A DNA stretch of 64,000 nucleotides from a bacterium. Lineage in GTDB: Bacteria > Armatimonadota > Zipacnadia > Zipacnadales > Zipacnadaceae. The translations under genes and the position numbers were made by a program. The notes below the pieces were generated by a model that saw nothing but the letters and a program-made list of their open reading frames with translations, had not been told where the DNA came from and ran no database searches. The DNA lies in assembly GCA_030602615.1 (NCBI GenBank), contig JAUVZM010000008.1, positions 1,322 to 65,321 on the forward strand. Direction: 5' to 3'. Positions 55,219 through 64,000 of this stretch are shown piece after piece. The first letter of the stretch is position 1. Every line of letters begins with the position of its first letter.

Positions 55219-55477
55219 TGTAAATCTCCTTCACTTCGTATTATCAGAGCGGTATTACTGGGGCAACTCACCACGCCCAAATTCCCATGGACAGTGCCCC
55301 TCCACCGTGTCCCATCCTGCACTGCATTGATATTCGCCAGGCAGTTGCCTAAGTCCTTCACCAATTGCGGCCAACTTCCTCTAAAAATGTTGCGCATTCA
55401 GTAGCCCTTCTCCGGGGCAGGAATCAGAACAACTGGCGGCGAATAGACTAACAAGCCTGTCCGGATAGGGAGCAGAT

Positions 55478-56434
55478 ATGAAACTCATTGTCCAGATCCC
55501 TTGCTATAACGAAGCTGAAACGCTGCCGGCGACCCTGGCCGACATCCCCCGCCAGGTTGAGGGCATTGATGAGATCGAGGTGCTGGTTGTTGACGACGGC
55601 AGCACCGACAATTCTGCTGAGGTCGCCCGCCAGCACGGCGCCGATCATATTGTTCGCCTCAAATCCAACCGGGGCCTGGCGGTGGCCTTTAGTGTCGGAC
55701 TGAGCCGGAGCCTGGAGCTGGGCGCTGACATTATTGTCCACACCGACGCTGATAACCAGTACCAGGGCGAGTGCATCCCCGATCTGGTTGCACCGATTCT
55801 ACACGGGGAGGCGGACCTCGTGGTCGGCACGCGCCCCATCGAAGCCATTGCCGAGTTCTCCTGGCTGAAGAAGAAGCTGCAGCGGCTGGGCAGTTGGGTG
55901 GTGCGCCAGGTCTCGGGTACTGATATTCGGGATGCCACCAGCGGCTTTCGCGCTTACAGCCGCACGGCGGCTATGCGCCTGAATGTGGTCTCCGACTTCA
56001 CCTACACTCTGGAGACCCTCATCCAGGCCGGGCGCACCAACCTGGCCATCGCCCAGGTGCCCATCCAGACCAACCCCCAAGCCCGCGCCTCGCGGCTGTT
56101 CTCCAGCATCCCCGCATACATCTGGCAGTCGGCCAAAACCATCCTGCGCATCTACGCGCTGTACCGCCCCCTGCGCTTCTTTGCCACCGTCGGCTTGCTA
56201 CTATTCCTCCCGGGCTTTGCCCTGGGGCTCAGATTTGTCTACTACTATATTACCGGAAATGGTGTGGGGCACGTCCAATCCTTGATCCTGGCCGCCGTGC
56301 TTATGCTGTTAGGCTTCCAAATCGGCATATTCGGCGTCCTGGCCGACCTCATCGGCGCTAATCGGAAGTTGATACAGGAAAACTTATATGCCACACGCGA
56401 GGCGCAGGTTAAAAACCGCACCGGCGAGGATTGA
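55478..56434 (+). CDS. family 2 glycosyltransferase with C-terminal TM helices (polyprenyl-phosphate sugar synthase type, ArnC/GtrB/Dpm1-like)
   Basis: IPCYNEAETL, VVDDGSTDNS and TDADNQ (DxD) motifs, plus two C-terminal TM helices. Confidence 0.8.
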   Translation: MKLIVQIPCYNEAETLPATLADIPRQVEGIDEIEVLVVDDGSTDNSAEVARQHGADHIVRLKSNRGLAVAFSVGLSRSLELGADIIVHTDADNQYQGECIPDLVAPILHGEADLVVGTRPIEAIAEFSWLKKKLQRLGSWVVRQVSGTDIRDATSGFRAYSRTAAMRLNVVSDFTYTLETLIQAGRTNLAIAQVPIQTNPQARASRLFSSIPAYIWQSAKTILRIYALYRPLRFFATVGLLLFLPGFALGLRFVYYYITGNGVGHVQSLILAAVLMLLGFQIGIFGVLADLIGANRKLIQENLYATREAQVKNRTGED

Positions 56435-56458
56435 GCGTAGTGAGAAGGACGAGGCTGA

Positions 56459-57508
56459 ATGCGTATCCTGATTGACATAGTGCATCCTGCTGATGTCCAC
56501 TTCTTTAGAAATGCGATAGACATCTGGCGCCGACATAACCACGAGGTTCGTATCGCCGCCCGCGAAAAAGACGTTACGCTTGAGTTACTGGATTACTACG
56601 GACTGGATTATGAGTGTATTAGCCGGCGCACTGGGGGATTTTTGGGCCTGCTGACCGAATTGGCAAGCCGCAACTGGCGGCTACTGTGCGTAGCACGGCA
56701 GTTCCGTCCCGACGTCTTACTCAGCTTTGGCAGTCCCAGCGCTTCCCAGGTAGCCTTCCTGCTCAGGAGACCGTCTATCGTGTTCTACGACACTGAAAAC
56801 GCATGGCTCCAGAATCTGCTGGCGTATCCGTTTGCGACCGTTGTATGCACGCCCCAGTGTTATCGAGGCAATCTCGGCCGCAAGCACGTGCGCTTTGCTG
56901 GATACAAGGAACTGGCTTACCTGCACCCTAATCACTTCACGCCGGACAAAACGGTACTTGAGCAGGTGGGCCTGTCTGCTGATGACCGTTTCTTCCTGGT
57001 CAGGTTCGTCTCGTGGCAGGCTACCCACGACTGGGCGAAGACGGGTCTATCGGTAAGCGTGAAAAGACGATTGATAAAGCTTCTCGAAGCCCATGGCCGT
57101 CCCGTGATTAGCTCGGAGGGCGCAATCCCTCAAGACCTCGAACGATACCGCCTCCGTATTCAACCCGCACTGATACATCATGTAATGGCATTTGCCGATC
57201 TGTTTGTCGGAGAGAGTGCGACGATGGCTTCCGAGAGCGCGGTGCTGGGGGTGCCTGCTATCTATTTGACTGACCCTGGAGGGCTGGGGTCGATCAGTGA
57301 GCAATCACAGCATTACCAACTTCTCCTCGAGTTTGGCAGCTTGCACGGAGAGGAAGCGCTGGCTAAGATAGAAGAGTTGTTGAGACAACCTGACTTGAGA
57401 GCAACTTGGGCGCACAGGCGTAGTAGGATGCTTCAAGCATCCATCGACGTCACCAAATGGGTGGCCGAATTCGTCGAAGGCTATTGTGGCGTCAATCGGC
57501 ATGTCTGA
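56459..57508 (+). CDS. DUF354 protein (GT-B / epimerase-like fold)
   Basis: The N-terminus MRILIDIVHPADVHFFRNAI is typical of DUF354 as I remember it; no search was run. Confidence 0.7.
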   Translation: MRILIDIVHPADVHFFRNAIDIWRRHNHEVRIAAREKDVTLELLDYYGLDYECISRRTGGFLGLLTELASRNWRLLCVARQFRPDVLLSFGSPSASQVAFLLRRPSIVFYDTENAWLQNLLAYPFATVVCTPQCYRGNLGRKHVRFAGYKELAYLHPNHFTPDKTVLEQVGLSADDRFFLVRFVSWQATHDWAKTGLSVSVKRRLIKLLEAHGRPVISSEGAIPQDLERYRLRIQPALIHHVMAFADLFVGESATMASESAVLGVPAIYLTDPGGLGSISEQSQHYQLLLEFGSLHGEEALAKIEELLRQPDLRATWAHRRSRMLQASIDVTKWVAEFVEGYCGVNRHV

Positions 57509-57513
57509 GTACC

Positions 57514-58182
57514 ATGGCCGAGATGACCAATCTGAGGGCAGCGAGGTGGCACATGACAGGCAGCGATTCTGAGCAGCCTTATTTCATTCATCCAACGGCT
57601 GTGGTGGAAGATGACGTTGTGATAGGGCCAGGCACCAAGATCTGGCACTTCGTACATATCCGCAGCGGTGCCAGGATCGGAAGCAATTGTATATTGGGCA
57701 AAGGCGTGTATGTGGACGCAGGCGTAACAGTGGGCGACGGCGTTCATCTGCAGAACTTCGTTTGCGTCTACCGGGCAGTGCAGCTAGAGGACGAGGTTTT
57801 CGTCGGGCCACATGCTACCTTCACCAATGACCCGTACCCCCGCAGCGGCTCGTCTTACTGGGAACCAGTTCCCACGATCGTGCGGCGGGGTGCTTCCATA
57901 TCGGCCAATGCCACCATCATCTGCGGAGTAACACTGGGGAAGTATGCTATGGTCGGCGCCGGTGCAGTGGTGACCAGCGATGTCCCTGAGCATGGCCTGG
58001 TCTACGGCAATCCAGCCCGCCTGTACGGCTTCGTATGCAAGTGCGGTCAGACTCTGCCACGACCCAAGATAGCCGATGTCAGCGGTGAGCAGGTTGCCAT
58101 TACCTGCTCGCGCTGCGGCGAACAGACCAGCCTTGCCAAGTCCCTGTTGTCGCTACTATCCGTGGAGGTACCACCACAATAG
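57514..58182 (+). CDS. left-handed beta-helix (hexapeptide) acyl/acetyltransferase with C-terminal Cys4 zinc-ribbon-like tail
   Basis: Hexapeptide repeats (IHPTAVVEDDVVIGPGTKIWHFVHIRSGARIGSNCILGKGVYV...). The tail is CKC...(20 aa)...CSRC. The alternative start is ATG 57553. Confidence 0.8.
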   Translation: MAEMTNLRAARWHMTGSDSEQPYFIHPTAVVEDDVVIGPGTKIWHFVHIRSGARIGSNCILGKGVYVDAGVTVGDGVHLQNFVCVYRAVQLEDEVFVGPHATFTNDPYPRSGSSYWEPVPTIVRRGASISANATIICGVTLGKYAMVGAGAVVTSDVPEHGLVYGNPARLYGFVCKCGQTLPRPKIADVSGEQVAITCSRCGEQTSLAKSLLSLLSVEVPPQ

Positions 58183-58237
58183 TTGACAGTTACTATGAGA
58201 ATTCTCCTTGGTCAAGGCCACGAATAAAGGAGAGGAG

Positions 58238-58891
58238 GTGTTAGTCACGAGGACGCCGTCCATCCCAGGGCTAACTGAGAACAGCTTGTTTCCAGGCATA
58301 TCGTATGTCACCCGTGACAAGCGATGGGCCTGCAAGAGATGGCTGGGGAAGAAACTGTATGCCAGCTTCTTGAATACATTGTGCAGTCTCGCGTCGCGCA
58401 CTAACGCCAAACGGGTAATAGATGTCGGCTGCGGAGACGCGGTGCCTCTAATACACCTCTGGCTCCGTTTGCAACTGGAAGAAGCCGTCGGCATTGATGC
58501 GGATCCCCAGGTGCTGCGAGTGGCGGAACGCAACTTGCCCGAAGCACATTTTGTTGTCGGATCAATTTATGACATACCCACACACGGGAGGAACTTCGAC
58601 CTCGTGGTGTGCTCTGAGGTATTAGAGCATCTCGAAGCTCCCCAACGTGCCTTGGCCGCACTTGCGTCGCTAGAGAGTTCGTTTTTCCTTATATCGTGCC
58701 CCAACGAGCCCTTATATCGTCTCTCTCTTTTGTTGCGTGGCAAGTATGTTCGCCGGTGGGGCAGTTCCCCAGGTCATGTGAACCACTGGTCACCTGGTGC
58801 CTTGGTGAAACTAGCCTCAGAGCACTTGCAGATAGTCGAGGCGCGACCTGGTGGGCTCTCGACCGTACTACTGGCTACTCCCAAAAGATGA
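58238..58891 (+). CDS. class I SAM-dependent methyltransferase
   Basis: Motif I (VIDVGCGDA) and DLVVCSEVLEHL. GTG 58238 is preferred because AAGGAG lies 5 nt upstream; the longer ORF starts at TTG 58208. Confidence 0.75.
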   Translation: MLVTRTPSIPGLTENSLFPGISYVTRDKRWACKRWLGKKLYASFLNTLCSLASRTNAKRVIDVGCGDAVPLIHLWLRLQLEEAVGIDADPQVLRVAERNLPEAHFVVGSIYDIPTHGRNFDLVVCSEVLEHLEAPQRALAALASLESSFFLISCPNEPLYRLSLLLRGKYVRRWGSSPGHVNHWSPGALVKLASEHLQIVEARPGGLSTVLLATPKR

Positions 58892-58929
58892 CTCGATAGG
58901 TACTGCCGATCGGAGGATTGGCGTCAGTA

Positions 58930-59925
58930 ATGAATTCATACCATCCAAGGCCGAAGCGTCAACCCCTCTGGACAGCCCTCAAGCTCTTGTTGGGCCTGGC
59001 GCTCGTTGCGCTGGTGGTGCGAGGTATTCGCTGGGAGGGGTTGCGCGAGAGCTGGCAGGCGATATGGTGGCTGCCCTGGGGCTTGATCATTGGCTTGCGG
59101 TTCGTAGTCATCGCCACCCGCGCCTGGCGCTGGCAGGTGCTGCTTCGCCATACACCTTCCTGTCCTACCGTGGGGCAGTTGACGCGAGTCCTGATCAAGG
59201 CCGAGTTGTTCAATACCATTATGCCCAGCACCGCCGGCGGTGATATCTACCGCGTGGTCGCCACCCGCTCCGCCTGTGGTACCCCCTCCGCGACCGCGGC
59301 GGTACTGGCCGACCGCGCTGTCGGTATGATCGTGCTGGTGCTGGCCACGCTGGCGGCTGCGTTCAGCAGCCCGTGGGTACGACAAAGTCGCCTTGGGCAA
59401 ATCGTGATCGCGGTAGCAGTGATGGTCATCCTGGCCGTCGGCCTGCTGTGGGTAGGGCGCCGTCATGCCGGCAACTGGCTCAAAAACCGGGCCCAAGGCG
59501 AGGAGGATAGCGACCACAAGCCAATAATTGCCCATATCCTGGACTACGCCCGCGCCCTGGCCGGCTATGCACGCCGCCCCCGTCAGCTCATCCTGGCGCT
59601 GGTCTTATCAGTTCTCCCCGTGGCCGCCGTAGTAGTGATTATGTACTTGCTCTGTTTGAGCGTCGGGGTAATGCCTGGGGCTGGGGACTTGATTACTGTG
59701 GCCCTGACCACAACAGTCATTGCGATGCTGCCCGTTTTTGTGGGGGGCCTCGGTGGATGGGAGGCAGCCGCCATATTCATGTTTCAGCAAGTAGGAGTCT
59801 CGTCTTCGGCGGCGGTATTGATTGCTGTATTGGGCCGAGCGGCGGGTGTGGTGGTTGCTCTGCTGGCCGGCCTGCTGTATTTATATGATTCAGCGCGCTC
59901 TACCGGCGAAGCCCGCGGCGAGTAG
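58930..59925 (+). CDS. flippase-like membrane protein (LPG_synthase_TM / UPF0104 type)
   Basis: About 8 TM helices, an N-terminal basic stretch followed by LKLLLGLALVALVV, and a RAWRWQVLL motif region. The start is uncertain (ATG 58930 or TTG 58918). Confidence 0.65.
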   Translation: MNSYHPRPKRQPLWTALKLLLGLALVALVVRGIRWEGLRESWQAIWWLPWGLIIGLRFVVIATRAWRWQVLLRHTPSCPTVGQLTRVLIKAELFNTIMPSTAGGDIYRVVATRSACGTPSATAAVLADRAVGMIVLVLATLAAAFSSPWVRQSRLGQIVIAVAVMVILAVGLLWVGRRHAGNWLKNRAQGEEDSDHKPIIAHILDYARALAGYARRPRQLILALVLSVLPVAAVVVIMYLLCLSVGVMPGAGDLITVALTTTVIAMLPVFVGGLGGWEAAAIFMFQQVGVSSSAAVLIAVLGRAAGVVVALLAGLLYLYDSARSTGEARGE

Positions 59926-59936
59926 AATCAACGCAT

Positions 59937-61529
59937 CTATTTTTCTGCGGTGACCACTATCCACAGCCGCCACGCGGCAAAGCCCGTTACCACTATTAGT
60001 ATGACCAGCAACGGTGCCCACAGCTTAGCCGGTACTCCCAGCCGATAGGCATAGACGAACCAGAAATCCAGGCTGTGACGCAGGTTGCTCTTGACCTCTT
60101 CGGTGACGACATCCCCCTGCAAGGCCTGAGCAGAGATGTGGTCAAAGCGCACTCGGCGCAAGGTGTGAATCTGCCCCAATATGGGAAAGTATCGGGGATT
60201 CCAGATGGGCGTCCGCCAGGTACCGGTGACATCCTCGACCCGGTGCAGGTACGTACCGTAGGGCACGGCAATGGCCAGCAACTGAACGACGATGCTCACG
60301 GCGATGAGCGCAATGATGAGCTTGTGCGAGGTGCTCCGCGACCATAGACGCTGCAGAGCGAAGCCCACTGCGATCATTACCAGAGGCGCCAGTATGACCA
60401 GGTATCGCGGCCCCCACGGCCATATCGTGTACCAGCCCGGGCGAGAGCAGAAAAATCCCCCAAATAGTACCACCAGCGCCCAGATGAGAAGACTCTCGGC
60501 GCGCCATCGCCGCCACAGCGGTCTGATGCCCCAGAACATCAGCAGCACAATCGGCGAGTAGACAAAAAAGCCACGGCCGGTGCTGAAGGTATTGCCGAAG
60601 ACTGCTATGAGGAAACCGAGTGGGTTAGTGGTTGCGATATACCCACCGGAGTAACCGGGATGACTGATCGCGTCGGTGCGTAGGGCATTGTACCAGAGGC
60701 TGACGGCCAGCCACGGCGCCATGCCGATAATGATTGCAATTACCGTCAGGAAGTATTGCCGCCACTGCCGAGTGAGAGGCCCGAGACGGCGGCGCAAGGC
60801 AAAGTATAGATAGACAAGTATCGGCAGCCAGGCCAGAGCCATTGTGGGTCGGGTCGCTGTACCCCAGGCCAGCAGGAAAGAAAATGCCAAAATATACCAC
60901 ATGCTCTGCTTGCGTCGGTCAAAGCGCACCACCAACAGCAGCGCAGCTACCAAAGTCAGCGTCATAAAGTGCTCGTAGAAGCCGATCTTGGCGTAGGGCC
61001 AGGCGTATGTCGCCACTCCGTAGAGCAGAGCCGTAGCCGCTGAATAGGAGAGGGGCAGCCCCAAGGTCATCACCAGCAAGAACAACAGGCTGGCCGTAGC
61101 CGCAGTTATGAAGCTGCCGGCCAGATTGATTGCCACTCGTGGCAGAAAATGGGCTATCGGGGCAAGCTGGGGGCGCAGACGAGTGACGGCTTGCCCGGCC
61201 CACTTGCCGGCTAGATACCAGGGGATCTGAAAAATCGGATAGCCCAGCCAGTACTGGCTGTATATGCGACCGTCCGTACCGCGCATTATGCCCGGTGGAT
61301 TGAGGACCTTGTCGGTAAGCCCGGCTGATTCGGGCAGATCAACCCAGCCACGCTCGACAATACTCTCGGTTATCACGTAGTAGGTTTCTACGTCGCCGAT
61401 GTCGCTGAAGCCTTTGGCTGTGAATAGGTACATCCCGCAGAGGGCAACAAAGATTAGCCAAGCAATCACCGCCCGTCGGCTGGTGAGGGCCTGCGAATCA
61501 GTCGCTGCCTCAGGCAGTTTGCCTATCAC
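59937..61529 (-). CDS. GT-C fold membrane glycosyltransferase (ArnT/PMT, GT39/GT83-like)
   Basis: A 530-aa polytopic protein with an acidic first loop (FSDIGDVETYY). Its GTG start overlaps the upstream paralog stop (GTGA at 61526-61529). Confidence 0.65.
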   Translation of the reverse strand: MIGKLPEAATDSQALTSRRAVIAWLIFVALCGMYLFTAKGFSDIGDVETYYVITESIVERGWVDLPESAGLTDKVLNPPGIMRGTDGRIYSQYWLGYPIFQIPWYLAGKWAGQAVTRLRPQLAPIAHFLPRVAINLAGSFITAATASLLFLLVMTLGLPLSYSAATALLYGVATYAWPYAKIGFYEHFMTLTLVAALLLVVRFDRRKQSMWYILAFSFLLAWGTATRPTMALAWLPILVYLYFALRRRLGPLTRQWRQYFLTVIAIIIGMAPWLAVSLWYNALRTDAISHPGYSGGYIATTNPLGFLIAVFGNTFSTGRGFFVYSPIVLLMFWGIRPLWRRWRAESLLIWALVVLFGGFFCSRPGWYTIWPWGPRYLVILAPLVMIAVGFALQRLWSRSTSHKLIIALIAVSIVVQLLAIAVPYGTYLHRVEDVTGTWRTPIWNPRYFPILGQIHTLRRVRFDHISAQALQGDVVTEEVKSNLRHSLDFWFVYAYRLGVPAKLWAPLLVILIVVTGFAAWRLWIVVTAEK

Positions 61530-63583
61530 TGCTCTATCCTCTGCGTCCTATCTATTCTCTTGCTGAACACGTAGACATGCGGGTGGTCGAACAAGCGGAA
61601 GGTCGGTTCCGAGTTCGAGTCGTCAATGGGGATGCCAAATAACGCGGGCCCCGTATCGTACTCGACAAGTAGCCGCCAGTCTGACTGCTCGCCGAACAGG
61701 CGTTCATAGAAGCGACTGATTACCGGAAAGTGCGCACCCAGGTGACAAATGCGTTCGCGCCGCAACTCCGTCAGCACCAGGTAGTCAGCCCACTGGAGAT
61801 GCTCCTGTAGATACTCGCGTTTCGCGGCCAGTTGTGTCGCTGGAATGGACTGGCCGTAGTAGTCGTGTTCAATGTAGTGGGGATCATAAATGCGCACGTT
61901 CCGTCTGCTCAGCGAGTGCCACAGGTTAAGTCCGGTGATGCCCCAGGCGTCGTCTTCTTCGGTCAATATATTGCTCCCCGGCGGCGCAACCGCGTCTACG
62001 TAGTCAAATGCCGCCAGGCGATTGTCTGGGTGTCTGTAGATATTGAGGTAGGCAACGGACCAGCCCGCCGTAGATAACAGCACCAGCGCCACCACTGCCC
62101 CGCCAAGCCACCGCTGATAGCGCACCGTCGTGTTAAGAAATGCGCCCAGCATTCCCCCGGCAAGCAGGCACAGAACGGGAATCTGCGGCAGGACGTAGCG
62201 GGTCATCTTCATCCACATGCCACCCATGCTCCCCAGCATGAGCAGCATGGCGAATACCAGGGGCCAGGCCAGGCCCGCCTGCCGCCGCAACAGTCGGCCG
62301 CACCAGTAGACTACCGCCGCCAGGGCGACAATCATCAGCGGCGTGCCCAGCGCATACGGGTAGATGTGCCTGAGCTGATAAAGATACGGCGTTGTCTCCA
62401 CGAATTGAAAGGTCCAGGCGAACGGTGCGGCACGGTAGGCGCCACTGGCATTTAAGGCATTCCAGGTCAACTTCAGCGTGTCGGTCGGCAGCCAGTAATG
62501 GGCGGGGCTGAGCACCGCGTGGGGATTGATGATCAGGAACACGGCTACCGCCGCCGCGAAGCATCCGATGATTCCGCCCTTCTGCCGCCATGCTGCTGCC
62601 GCCCACCGCCGGCCTCGGCGGGTGAGAGTCACTATCAGGATGACCACGCCCAGGCCGCCCAGCAGGGCGGCAGCACTGTGGGTAGCACCGTCGGCGGCAT
62701 CCAGGGTCTGAGCGATCTTCGTTTCCCAGAAAACCGGCGCATGTTCGGCAGCGAATGGACTGCCGGGATGCGGCCCCAGGAGTCTGCTTTCGGCGAAGCG
62801 GCGGGCCTCCCCTCGCAACTGCCCCCACACGAGTAGCGGCAGCAGGCCCAATATGACCAATCCCACCGCAGCGACCCGTATCTTTGCCACGGCACGCCGG
62901 TGAGAGGCCGGTGGGCTCTGAGGGGACAGCTTGAGCGTAGCGAGCCAAATCAGCACAGGCAGCGGCAGCAGTGGCAGTGCCGAGGTCTTAACTGATAGCA
63001 CCAGGCCCAGACCAACGCCACACAAGATGAAGTTCTTGACAGTTGGCGTCGCGCTGAGGCGTAGGCACAGAAGCAGGAATATGGCCAGCATCAGAGTAGC
63101 CAGGGGGCCTACCGTGAAGAAATGAGCTTCCCGCAGCGGTAACAACGCGGCCGCGTAGCAAGCGGCGGCGATCAGCCCGCCTGTCTTGCCAAATGCACGG
63201 GCGCCGATCAGGTACACCACCAATATCGTCCCGCTGTCAGCCAACGCCGAGATGGTGCGTCCCACCCCCAGCGAGAGCACATTAACGTCGGTGCCTAGGC
63301 CCAGAAGCCTGCTCACACCAAGCGTTGGTGCCAGGCCGAGCAGGAGTAGATACATGGGGAGCGCGCCGTAGTGACTGGCTCGCGGGCGGAGACAACCTGT
63401 CTCCTGGAACTGTGTGCCCAGGTCCAGTGCGATCGCGATGGTCGTGTTCTCATCGCAGTGCAAGTGGACTGGATAGCCCCATGTCAGACCGTACAGACGC
63501 AACACCATGCCCACAGCCACTATGCCAACAAGCACAGCCTGCTCCCAGCGCAGGTTGAGGCGAGATGCGCGTCTGTTCAACAT
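61526..63583 (-). CDS. GT-C fold membrane glycosyltransferase (ArnT/PMT-like) with C-terminal soluble domain
   Basis: A 685-aa protein with more than 10 TM helices, a first-loop motif (HCDENT) and a soluble tail of about 200 aa. Confidence 0.65.
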   Translation of the reverse strand: MLNRRASRLNLRWEQAVLVGIVAVGMVLRLYGLTWGYPVHLHCDENTTIAIALDLGTQFQETGCLRPRASHYGALPMYLLLLGLAPTLGVSRLLGLGTDVNVLSLGVGRTISALADSGTILVVYLIGARAFGKTGGLIAAACYAAALLPLREAHFFTVGPLATLMLAIFLLLCLRLSATPTVKNFILCGVGLGLVLSVKTSALPLLPLPVLIWLATLKLSPQSPPASHRRAVAKIRVAAVGLVILGLLPLLVWGQLRGEARRFAESRLLGPHPGSPFAAEHAPVFWETKIAQTLDAADGATHSAAALLGGLGVVILIVTLTRRGRRWAAAAWRQKGGIIGCFAAAVAVFLIINPHAVLSPAHYWLPTDTLKLTWNALNASGAYRAAPFAWTFQFVETTPYLYQLRHIYPYALGTPLMIVALAAVVYWCGRLLRRQAGLAWPLVFAMLLMLGSMGGMWMKMTRYVLPQIPVLCLLAGGMLGAFLNTTVRYQRWLGGAVVALVLLSTAGWSVAYLNIYRHPDNRLAAFDYVDAVAPPGSNILTEEDDAWGITGLNLWHSLSRRNVRIYDPHYIEHDYYGQSIPATQLAAKREYLQEHLQWADYLVLTELRRERICHLGAHFPVISRFYERLFGEQSDWRLLVEYDTGPALFGIPIDDSNSEPTFRLFDHPHVYVFSKRIDRTQRIEQ

Positions 63584-63618
63584 TCTCCCCTGACCGGATG
63601 CACGTAGACGGCAGCAGA

Positions 63619-64000
63619 TCAGCGCCAGTAGTCCGGTTCGCGCTGGCTGAGAAAATCATGCACTTGCTGGTAACTCTTGATGCCCGTGGTTGTGCCCACA
63701 GCGGTAGTAGCCAAAGCGCCCATGGCGTTGGCGAAGCGGGTTGTGCGCTCCAGGTCCCAGCCCTCCAGGTATCCGTGGATGAAACCAGCGGTGAAGGCGT
63801 CGCCGGCTCCGGTTCCATCCACTACATCAACCTGATAGGCAGGCACGTCAATGGACGTCTCGGCGGTGTAGACGTGAGCGCCTTCTTCTCCCCTGGTCAA
63901 GCCTACAATCTTTATCCCTCTATCCAGGAAGAACTCGGCAACATCGGCTGCTTCCTGCCTCCCGCTGATCTGTCGGGCCTCGACAAGGCTGGGCAGGAAG
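63619..64000 (-). CDS. PfkB-family carbohydrate kinase, C-terminal part (5' end lies outside the window)
   Basis: VVDGTGAGDAFTAGF anion-hole motif. The frame stays open to the window edge (…LPSLVEARQISGRQEAADVAEFFLDRGIKIVGL…). Confidence 0.75.
   Translation of the reverse strand, partial: FLPSLVEARQISGRQEAADVAEFFLDRGIKIVGLTRGEEGAHVYTAETSIDVPAYQVDVVDGTGAGDAFTAGFIHGYLEGWDLERTTRFANAMGALATTAVGTTTGIKSYQQVHDFLSQREPDYWR

Noticed and set aside
55238-55266. A TTGCCC-N17-TAATAC promoter-like match upstream of the epimerase gene (minus strand).
   Set aside because: The predicted TSS would fall on or inside the AAGGAG SD (55226-55231), leaving no usable leader. It is probably a chance match.
1-64000. 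Looked for CRISPR arrays, tRNA or rRNA genes, IS elements, integrases and long direct or inverted repeats.
   Set aside because: None was seen by eye. No GGTTCGAATCC-type T-arm occurs in intergenic DNA, there is no spaced repeat array, and there is no transposase or recombinase motif in any ORF. A tRNAscan/Infernal/ISfinder run would be needed to be certain.

Overview
GC-rich bacterial chromosomal segment, densely coding, with about 62 protein genes supported. By eye I found no rRNA, tRNA, CRISPR array, transposase or integrase. Housekeeping genes (accA/accD, pheA, lpd, thiD, gmhB-like, hisH/hisF, ald) are interleaved with several envelope loci that point to a diderm organism with an exosortase system. 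The envelope loci are: (i) three translationally coupled secretin paralogs at 20.9-25.7 kb with no pilus or secretion machinery beside them, which is the most unusual feature; (ii) two separate SPFH/NfeD modules, NfeD-flotillin at 14-16.2 kb and PLDc_N / LURP-one-like / NfeD-protease / stomatin at 33.8-36.9 kb; (iii) an ArsR-controlled permease operon with three thiol-redox partners but no classical ars genes at 38.6-41.7 kb; (iv) a glycan or lipid modification locus with a polyprenyl-phosphate-type GT2, DUF354, an acetyltransferase, a methyltransferase, a flippase-like protein and two tandem GT-C enzymes at 55.5-63.6 kb. Other notable genes are an orphan pilT, an orphan cytoplasmic histidine kinase, an orphan radical SAM/SPASM enzyme, a VIT-vWA protein, a PEP-CTERM protein, a stand-alone LigD phosphoesterase domain and an ECF sigma/anti-sigma pair. 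Several intergenic regions carry near-consensus TTGACA-N17/18-TATAAT promoters, and many start codons were refined using GGAGG-type Shine-Dalgarno sites. All family assignments are motif recognition by eye. No database search was run.
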